This document shows, one piece after another, positions 57,572-64,000 of a DNA stretch of 64,000 bases. Position numbers and translations under genes: made by a program. The DNA is from a bacterium. GTDB taxonomy: Bacteria; Electryoneota; JAOADG01. Location of the stretch: the NCBI GenBank assembly GCA_963681965.1, contig OY820579.1, positions 4,160,001 through 4,224,000 on the forward strand, given 5' to 3'. The notes beneath the pieces were generated by a model, which did not search any database, was not told where the DNA came from, and saw nothing but the letters and a program-made list of their open reading frames with translations. How positions within the stretch are numbered: position 1 is the first letter of the stretch; every line of letters starts with the position of its first letter.

Positions 57572-59650
57572 ATGACCCGTCTGTTTCGACTAACGTTTCT
57601 GCTGACCATTATCCTGTTGTCATTCACTTCGCAACCATCACTTGCGATGCGATACGAAATCCAAAATCCGATTTACACCGGTCATGCGAAATTTATTTCC
57701 CCATCGACTGGCTGGGTAAATTCCGGAAACGGCAACATCCTTCATACCGACGATGGCGGTCTGAATTGGGTTCGACAATTCACCGGATCCACGCATGTAT
57801 CTGCCTTTGATTTTGCCGATGGATTAAATGGTTGGGTCGTGGGTTCGAACGGAACGATTCTTCATACCAACGACGGTGGCATCACCTGGACACCACAACC
57901 GAATGACTGCACGAAGTCGCTGTATAGTGTCAAATTCATCGATGTCGATCACGGTTGGGCAGTGGGTGATTCCGGAACAATCATTTGCACCACGGATCGG
58001 GGAAACCACTGGCTTCCACAACATAGCGGAACGAACACAACATTCGTCGAAGTAACATTTGTCGATGCGTTGACCGGGTGGGTACGAGGATATTCAGAAC
58101 CGATCTTACATACGACCAATGGCGGCGAAACCTGGTTCAATCCACTGGCTGATACGACGATGGGTACACTGCAGTTGTATAGTATGTGCTTTATCGATCG
58201 AAACAACGGCTGGTTTACGGCTAACATCTATGGGTATACATTCGTTCTATATCGCACTACTGATGGTGGGAGTTTGTGGCAGCCGCAGTTTTGTCGGAAT
58301 AGCAGTTTGAACGAGGTCTATTTCATTGATGTCGATCATGGTTGGGTGATCGGCGATTCACTGTACCACACCACCGATGGCGGAGTTACTTGGTCGGGAA
58401 TGACAAAACCCGCTGAAAGCGGTACACAACCGTTTTTTTACGACCTCAATCATGGCTGGATACTCGGAAGGACAATCAATCGCACTACCGATGGCGGGAA
58501 CCGCTGGGAACAATGTTTTTTTGGAGGAATTGCTGTATCCTATTTTGGTGTTTCATTTCCAAAACCGGACACCGGTTGGGTTGCAGGAAAACAAGGGGTC
58601 ATTTTACATACGGTGAATGGCGGTCGTTCGTGGTCAAGACAATATCCGCAGAGTGGCTACACGTTGTATAGTGTCGATTTCATCGATGTCAATCAAGGCT
58701 GGGTAGTTGGCTATCATGGTTCTATTCGACATACCACTGATGGTGGAATGAATTGGGTGTCACAAGCGAGTGGAACGACGCGATCGCTGTGGAAAATCGA
58801 TTTTGCGAATGCGAACGATGGCTGGGCGGTTGGCGATTCCGGAACGATTCTCGCCACCACGAATTCGGGCAATACGTGGACGCCGCAAATCAGCGATAAA
58901 AGTAATCAGTTACTCTGTGTTACCGCGATCGATTCCCAGAATGTATGGATCGGTGGTTGGTACGGTTTCCTGCTCCATACGACCGATGGTGGAAAACTCT
59001 GGCAGACAATACCGATCGATACGTCTGAATGCGTTGACGAAATCGCATTTTCCGATGCGCAACACGGTTGGTTTGTAGGTGGTGAAATCCATCGCACTAC
59101 CGACGGTGGGATCAACTGGACGAAGCAGTATGATTATCACGGAAACCGATTCATGAGTATTGCGTGTCTCGATTCCCTTCACGCGATTGCGGTTGGTTAT
59201 GATGGTCTAGTTGTACAAACCACCGATGGCGGCGACCATTGGGTCGAACAACCCGAGTATTTCGGTGAGTGGTTATTAGGTGTCGCATATCCCGATGCCC
59301 GCAATGCCTGGGTGGTCAATGATGACGGACAAATCATTCATCTCTTTCCCGAAGACGATAGTATCCGGCTCCGTTCGCAAATTCCGAATCGAATTCTGCT
59401 CGCGCAGAATTACCCCAATCCGTTCAACGGTACGACGACGATTACTTACGCGCTGCCGCAATCCGGCAATGTCGATTTGAAGCTGTTCGATCTATTGGGT
59501 CGGGAGATTGTCACACTATCGGCAGGATATCGGTCGGCAGGAACTTATCGCGTGCAATTCGATGGCAAACAGCTCGCGTCGGGAACCTATTTTTTGCGAT
59601 TGAAGGTGAATGGACAGAGTAATGTCCGAAAAATGGTGGTACTGAAATAA
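57572..59650 (+). CDS. YCF48/BNR-repeat beta-propeller with T9SS-type C-terminal domain
   Basis: About 14 repeats of F.D...GW.VG..G.I.HTTDGG.W; NYPNPFN...SGTYF...KMVVLK. Confidence 0.9.
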   Translation: MTRLFRLTFLLTIILLSFTSQPSLAMRYEIQNPIYTGHAKFISPSTGWVNSGNGNILHTDDGGLNWVRQFTGSTHVSAFDFADGLNGWVVGSNGTILHTNDGGITWTPQPNDCTKSLYSVKFIDVDHGWAVGDSGTIICTTDRGNHWLPQHSGTNTTFVEVTFVDALTGWVRGYSEPILHTTNGGETWFNPLADTTMGTLQLYSMCFIDRNNGWFTANIYGYTFVLYRTTDGGSLWQPQFCRNSSLNEVYFIDVDHGWVIGDSLYHTTDGGVTWSGMTKPAESGTQPFFYDLNHGWILGRTINRTTDGGNRWEQCFFGGIAVSYFGVSFPKPDTGWVAGKQGVILHTVNGGRSWSRQYPQSGYTLYSVDFIDVNQGWVVGYHGSIRHTTDGGMNWVSQASGTTRSLWKIDFANANDGWAVGDSGTILATTNSGNTWTPQISDKSNQLLCVTAIDSQNVWIGGWYGFLLHTTDGGKLWQTIPIDTSECVDEIAFSDAQHGWFVGGEIHRTTDGGINWTKQYDYHGNRFMSIACLDSLHAIAVGYDGLVVQTTDGGDHWVEQPEYFGEWLLGVAYPDARNAWVVNDDGQIIHLFPEDDSIRLRSQIPNRILLAQNYPNPFNGTTTITYALPQSGNVDLKLFDLLGREIVTLSAGYRSAGTYRVQFDGKQLASGTYFLRLKVNGQSNVRKMVVLK

Positions 59651-59662
59651 CTCACTCGCGGA

Positions 59663-59896
59663 TCAGACAGCGTCAACGTTCGCTGTTTGCAGATGGATTG
59701 CCTGTTGCGGGCAAACCTTTACACAGCGCTGACAACCAGTGCAATCCGCGGCACGATCAACATGAACATGACGGTGCCAAAAAAACTTCACCTGCCCCAA
59801 TACTTCCCGCCGACACGACGCATTGCACCTGCCACAGGCAGTACACAACCCCAAATCGATCTCGATAAATTCCGTTTGATTGTGTCGTCGATGCAT
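59663..59896 (-). CDS. Small 2x[4Fe-4S] ferredoxin
   Basis: CTACGRCNASC and CTGCQRCVKVCP; GGAGG RBS. Confidence 0.85.
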   Translation of the reverse strand: MHRRHNQTEFIEIDLGLCTACGRCNASCRREVLGQVKFFWHRHVHVDRAADCTGCQRCVKVCPQQAIHLQTANVDAV

Positions 59897-59903
59897 GGTT
59901 CGA

Positions 59904-60311
59904 TTACCTCCCGAAGGGACCGTGCTGACTGGATGGTGGATGTGCGCCATCGCTGTCGCCGACATGAAACGCGTGACTGGAAATCAAACCCACCAGCACC
60001 GAAACCAATAGCAAAGCGTAGATCGACTCGCGACTTACCGCTCGCAGCTTCAACCAATTCCCCTTCAGATGTTGCAACAATGCTTTGCGGTTGAGAATTC
60101 CATGCCAAATCGCGAAGACGGCAAACAGGATCGCGGCGGAATTGTGCAGCGACATCCAGAAATGACGCTCGACGCCGAACGGTGCGAATTGGTAGTAATG
60201 ATTCATAAATCCCGATATCGGGAGTGACAGTCCGGTGAGGGTGGCGACGATTGCGACAAATGCTCGATAGCGGAACGGGCGCGGCAACGCCGCTGCTGAT
60301 GCTGGTTTCAT
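59904..60311 (-). CDS. DUF4405-like membrane protein (His-ligated heme b candidate)
   Basis: Three TM helices; ISG, W..LH, IWH..LN. Confidence 0.7.
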   Translation of the reverse strand: MKPASAAALPRPFRYRAFVAIVATLTGLSLPISGFMNHYYQFAPFGVERHFWMSLHNSAAILFAVFAIWHGILNRKALLQHLKGNWLKLRAVSRESIYALLLVSVLVGLISSHAFHVGDSDGAHPPSSQHGPFGR

Positions 60312-60769
60312 TGTTGGTGTTCCTCGATTGCCGAACAGATGGCTGCCAGAACTTTGATGGTGGTATTCATTTCCGATTCATTGATGCGCTGCCGCAACAA
60401 CTCCTCGAAGCGATGCGTTCGCGTATGGATTTTGACAAAGGCGCGTTTTCCCGCGGCAGTGACTTTCACTGCATTCCGGCGACGATCGTCCAATTCGATC
60501 CGCTCGATCCACTTTTTTCGCTCGAGTAGCTGCAATTGGCGCGAGATCGCGGCTGGATCGATCTTCATGCGACGTGCCAGCGCCATGGTGCCAAGCGGTT
60601 TCGGATAGGCGTGAATCAATTCCCGGAAGAGCAGAAAGTGCGACGCCGAGACGCCATTTTCCTGCGGGAACGATCCCATCAACAGTTGATAGGTACGCAG
60701 CAAATCGCGCAGGAGGTGCGGTTCGTCTCCGCGGTGTTGCAGCCATTCGGGGTTTTGTTCTGGTTCCAT
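60308..60769 (-). CDS. MarR family transcriptional regulator
   Basis: LARRMKIDPAAISRQL..LE, DDRRR, VTAAG; ATGA overlap with the next gene. Confidence 0.9.
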   Translation of the reverse strand: MEPEQNPEWLQHRGDEPHLLRDLLRTYQLLMGSFPQENGVSASHFLLFRELIHAYPKPLGTMALARRMKIDPAAISRQLQLLERKKWIERIELDDRRRNAVKVTAAGKRAFVKIHTRTHRFEELLRQRINESEMNTTIKVLAAICSAIEEHQQ

Positions 60770-60775
60770 ATCGAT

Positions 60776-60804
60776 AATATAGTATCAATCATTGACTTAG
60801 TCAA
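60776..60804 (-). promoter_or_regulatory. marR promoter with overlapping palindromic operator
   Basis: TTGACT-17-TATATT on the minus strand; palindrome TTGACT-T-AGTCAA at 60792-60804. Confidence 0.7.
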
Positions 60805-60847
60805 GTATATTCACGCGATCCAATATTGACCTGCGAGCATCTTTTCC

Positions 60848-61670
60848 GTAGGTCGGAATTTATTCCGACCCACCAGAAGGGATCGCAGGCTCGGAGGCCT
60901 GCGCCACCAACAGGATGGGAGTTGGGAATTGGCAAAAATATGGGTAGCGGCGGACTTTAGTCCGCTTTTTTTGCGTAGCCGCAGACTTCAGCCTGCGTTT
61001 TTTTTCTGATTATGACACAAGAGGTGGTCAGAACAAGTTCTGACCTACGGAAAAGAAGATACTCGCAGGCTCGGAGGCCTGCGCCACCAACAGGATGGGA
61101 GTTGGTGAATAGGAGTTGAGAATTGGCAAAAATATGGGTAGCAGCGGACTTTAGTCCGCTTTTTTTGCGTAGCCGCAGACTTCAGCCTGCGTTTTTTTTC
61201 TGATTATGACACAAGAGGTGGTCAGAACAAATTCTGACCTACGGAAAAGAAGATACTCGCAGGCTCGGAGGCCTGCGCCACCAACAGGATGGGAGTTGGG
61301 GAATAGGAGTTGGGAATTGGCAAAAATATGGGTAGCGGCGGACTAAAAGAGTCCGCTTTTTTTGCGTAGCCGCAGGCTTCAGCCTGCGTTTTTTTTCTGA
61401 TTATGACACAAGAGGTGGTCAGAACAAGTTCTGACATACGGAAAAGAAGATACACGCAGGCTCGGTGTCCTGCGCCACTAAAGACAAGACACAGGAGGTG
61501 GTCAGAACAAGTTCTGACCTACAGCAATACGATCCTCCAATCACCCAATCTTTTTAGTAGGGGCGGACCCCCGTGTCCGCCCTCTCTAGTATCATTTTTT
61601 CCCCAATACCCACAACCCACCACCTACTACCTATCTTGTAGCCCCCGCTGGCGGGGGTTGGGGGTGGAAA
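60848..61670. repeat. Tandem composite REP array (units of 180, 194 and 197 bp)
   Basis: CGCAGGCTCGG at 60884, 61064, 61258 and 61455; each unit carries four different hairpins. Confidence 0.9.
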
Positions 61671-61722
61671 TGCGAAGCAAAAAAAGCTCGCAGTCAAGTT
61701 TTTCTTTAGAATATTTTTTTTA

Positions 61723-61863
61723 GGACTCTAGAGTCCACTAAAAACTCTGGACTCGGAATCTTCTGTATCTTTCCTCGTTACCTCTAGAGAATCTTTTTTT
61801 TGCTTGCAGTATGACTCTAGAGTAAAGACTCTAAAGAAGACTCTAGAGATAAAGACTCGGAAG
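61723..61863. repeat. GACTCTAGAG-type short repeat cluster
   Basis: GGACTCTAGAGTCC at 61723; variants at 61744, 61782, 61813, 61827, 61839 and 61854. Confidence 0.7.
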
Positions 61864-62107
61864 AAGTATTCAAGATACTGTATATGAATGGCTTAGTCGT
61901 GATTTCCGGTGACTAATCCGGTATCAGCGGTGGATAACTCTGATAATTCAATATAAATATTACATTTATCGAGATGTGTAATATAAATGCTTCCGAGAGT
62001 CAGATTCCAGCGTGATGAAAATAACCGCAGAGCATGCTGTATGTTCAATAATACCAATAAATGCTTAAAATGTCATCGAGAATATTTTGCCGAATCAAAA
62101 ATAACTC

Positions 62108-62136
62108 TTGACTTTTGCCAAAAAATGTATTATATT
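62108..62136 (+). promoter_or_regulatory. Strong sigma70-type promoter
   Basis: TTGACT-17-TATATT with AT-rich upstream sequence. Confidence 0.65.
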
Positions 62137-62450
62137 ATATACAAGCAAAGTGAGTGAACTCGATTATCCAACACGAAATTGGGAAGTTAGACAAGGAATT
62201 CATTCAAAAGTTACTCCGGTGCTCCTCTCGTCCGAGTTTCTCCGACCCAAAAAATGTTGCAAAATGCAACACTGGCTACACTCTCGGACACACTCTATCG
62301 GAAACAAACGACCCCGGTTACGCATCTTATAACCAGCAGGCACTGCCATTCGGATACCCGCTCGTCGGGATCGTAATCGATTAACTCGTCGACTGGCACA
62401 AAATTCGCAATATAATTCACATTATGTAGCATCATTCGGGAGGAACTGGA

Positions 62451-63188
62451 ATGCGGAAGTTGAGTATACTGTTATTGGTTTCGTTTTTGACTTTGGTACT
62501 TTCGGGCATACTGCTGGCTGCGGATAAGGACAAAGTACCGACGTTGTATACGCAGAAGGTCGTCGTTTCCGACAACGAAAAAACGCTCGACAAAGATCTG
62601 AAACAATTGAAGGTCGACAAAGCAAAAGCGATCGTGCTGAAATTGAATTCCGACGAATTTAAGCTCACTGTCGATGGCATGAGTCTCAAGATCAAGAAAA
62701 TGGAACAGCGCTTCAAAGTCGAACAGGAATTGCGCGAAGAAGCACTCGCCAATGCAAAGAAGCATCTCGAAAAAGCGATGAAATTGAAAGACGACAAAAA
62801 AGAAGACGAGATGCAAGCCGAATTGGAAAAAGTACACCACTATCTGAAGACGGTTGCCGATAGCCCGATGGAAGGTGTCGGTTTTAAGAAATTCATCTCC
62901 GGTTCCGATTGCTGCGATGAAAACGATCTATCGAGGTATTTCGATGACGATGTGAAGTGCCGCGTGAAAATTATGGCAAAGGGCGATGGCGACTGCCAAG
63001 TGATGGATCTGGAAGGCTTGAAAGGTCTCGAAGGACTCAAGGGTCTGGAATCGTTGAAAGAACTGAAGAATCTGGATATCGACGAATTGAAGAAGATGAA
63101 GGGCGTGAAAGTGATCGAAATCGATAAGGATTCCGATCTTCCCGACCTACCTCCTTCGTCGGAATCACCAAAATCGAAACAGCAGTAA
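62451..63188 (+). CDS. Hypothetical exported Lys/Glu-rich protein
   Basis: GGAGG RBS; signal peptide; coiled-coil; LEGLKGLEGLKGLESLKEL repeats. Confidence 0.75.
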   Translation: MRKLSILLLVSFLTLVLSGILLAADKDKVPTLYTQKVVVSDNEKTLDKDLKQLKVDKAKAIVLKLNSDEFKLTVDGMSLKIKKMEQRFKVEQELREEALANAKKHLEKAMKLKDDKKEDEMQAELEKVHHYLKTVADSPMEGVGFKKFISGSDCCDENDLSRYFDDDVKCRVKIMAKGDGDCQVMDLEGLKGLEGLKGLESLKELKNLDIDELKKMKGVKVIEIDKDSDLPDLPPSSESPKSKQQ

Positions 63189-63207
63189 TGACTTTGTTTA
63201 TTTCGCA

Positions 63208-63238
63208 CACGGCGCACTCCTGATAAAAGTGCGCCGTG
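63208..63238. terminator. Hairpin between convergent genes, probable terminator
   Basis: CACGGCGCACT-N9-AGTGCGCCGTG, 11-bp perfect stem. Confidence 0.6.
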
Positions 63239-63250
63239 ATCGGAAAACGA

Positions 63251-64000
63251 TTATTTCAAAAGCACAATCTTCTGCAACTGCGATGAATTTCCCGCCGTCA
63301 AGCGAACAAAGTACGTTCCGGTTGCGAGATCCTTCCCACTGAATTGGAATCGATACTCACCGGGATCCTGATTAAAATTCACCAGCTTCACCACTTCTCT
63401 TCCATTCACATCGAACACGCACAAATCAACGTTACCACTCTTCGCGATCGAGTATCGGATTTCAGTGGTCGCATTGAACGGATTCGGGTAATTCGATTTC
63501 AGCACGAATTTTGTCGGAACCGATTCGCTGACACGATCGACCACACCGAGTGCCTGTTCGATATTCAATACCTGCAAATTAACACCTGTCGCAGCAAGAA
63601 TGATTCCGTTACTCGGAGCACTTAGCCCATTGGTAGAGCCGCTATTTCGAAAGTAACCCACCAGCACTGGATTGGCAGTACTTGCGACATCGTATACTTC
63701 CATACCATCGTCGGATTCGGCTACGTAAACATGCGTTCCGGAATACTCGACATCGATCGCTTCGCCCGGGGTATCGATCGATCCGAGTTCCGTCGGTGTG
63801 GTAGGATTGGTAACGTCGAGGATCCGGACGGTGTAGGAATCGGCGACATACAACCGGTGCAACACAGGATCCAAAACCGCGGCTTTGGCATATCCGGGGG
63901 TATCGAACGTACCGATGAGCGTTGGCATCGACGCGGATAGATCGAGGATTATTATTCCGGCACCGTCGGCTGTCAAGTATGCGACTGTGCCATTGATTGT
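63251..64000 (-). CDS. LVIVD-repeat protein with T9SS-type C-terminal domain, 5'-partial
   Basis: Frame is open to the window end; DTPG.A..V, YVAD, DVTNP..P; NYPNPFN...TGTYF...KIVLLK. Confidence 0.85.
   Translation of the reverse strand, partial: TINGTVAYLTADGAGIIILDLSASMPTLIGTFDTPGYAKAAVLDPVLHRLYVADSYTVRILDVTNPTTPTELGSIDTPGEAIDVEYSGTHVYVAESDDGMEVYDVASTANPVLVGYFRNSGSTNGLSAPSNGIILAATGVNLQVLNIEQALGVVDRVSESVPTKFVLKSNYPNPFNATTEIRYSIAKSGNVDLCVFDVNGREVVKLVNFNQDPGEYRFQFSGKDLATGTYFVRLTAGNSSQLQKIVLLK

Noticed and set aside
62154-62384. 76-aa ORF downstream of the 62108 promoter
   Set aside because: GTG start without an SD and no motif; cannot be supported, though not excluded
62405-62432. dif-like site TCGCAATATAA-TTCACA-TTATGTAGCAT
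   Set aside because: Three mismatches in the normally invariant XerD arm and a weak XerC arm; better explained as a TATAAT -10 box

Overview
A 64-kb chromosomal stretch from a diderm bacterium. Lineage is inferred as a non-Bacteroidota FCB-group member, from a PorX-like gene, five proteins with T9SS/Por-type C-terminal domains and strong GGAGG Shine-Dalgarno sites. No rRNA, tRNA, CRISPR array, phage or transposase gene was seen. Housekeeping genes include nadB, tsaE/tsaB, cdaA, addAB, fahA and selD. selD is a selenoprotein with an in-frame UGA and a SECIS-like hairpin that the ORF track missed. Signalling and secreted proteins include a cyclase-STAND-TPR protein, three histidine kinases, S8 and M14 peptidases, and LVIVD and YCF48 propellers. 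Most notable observations: (1) many of the longer intergenic gaps hold mosaic arrays of at least 10 covarying GTAG/GTGG-footed hairpin (REP-like) families, with heptamer linkers, tandem amplifications and a TA-flanked MITE scaffold whose hairpin cargo differs between copies; (2) a cobalamin riboswitch precedes a secreted BtuG-like propeller with a sorting domain and a BtuH-like lipoprotein, with no transporter; (3) a coupled selD-DUF2520-porX-tsaE-tsaB-cdaA operon has a PorY-like kinase nearby; (4) an unexplained AT-rich, palindrome/iteron-rich region and a candidate sRNA lie at 61.7-62.4 kb. All family assignments come from motif recognition by eye, not from database searches.
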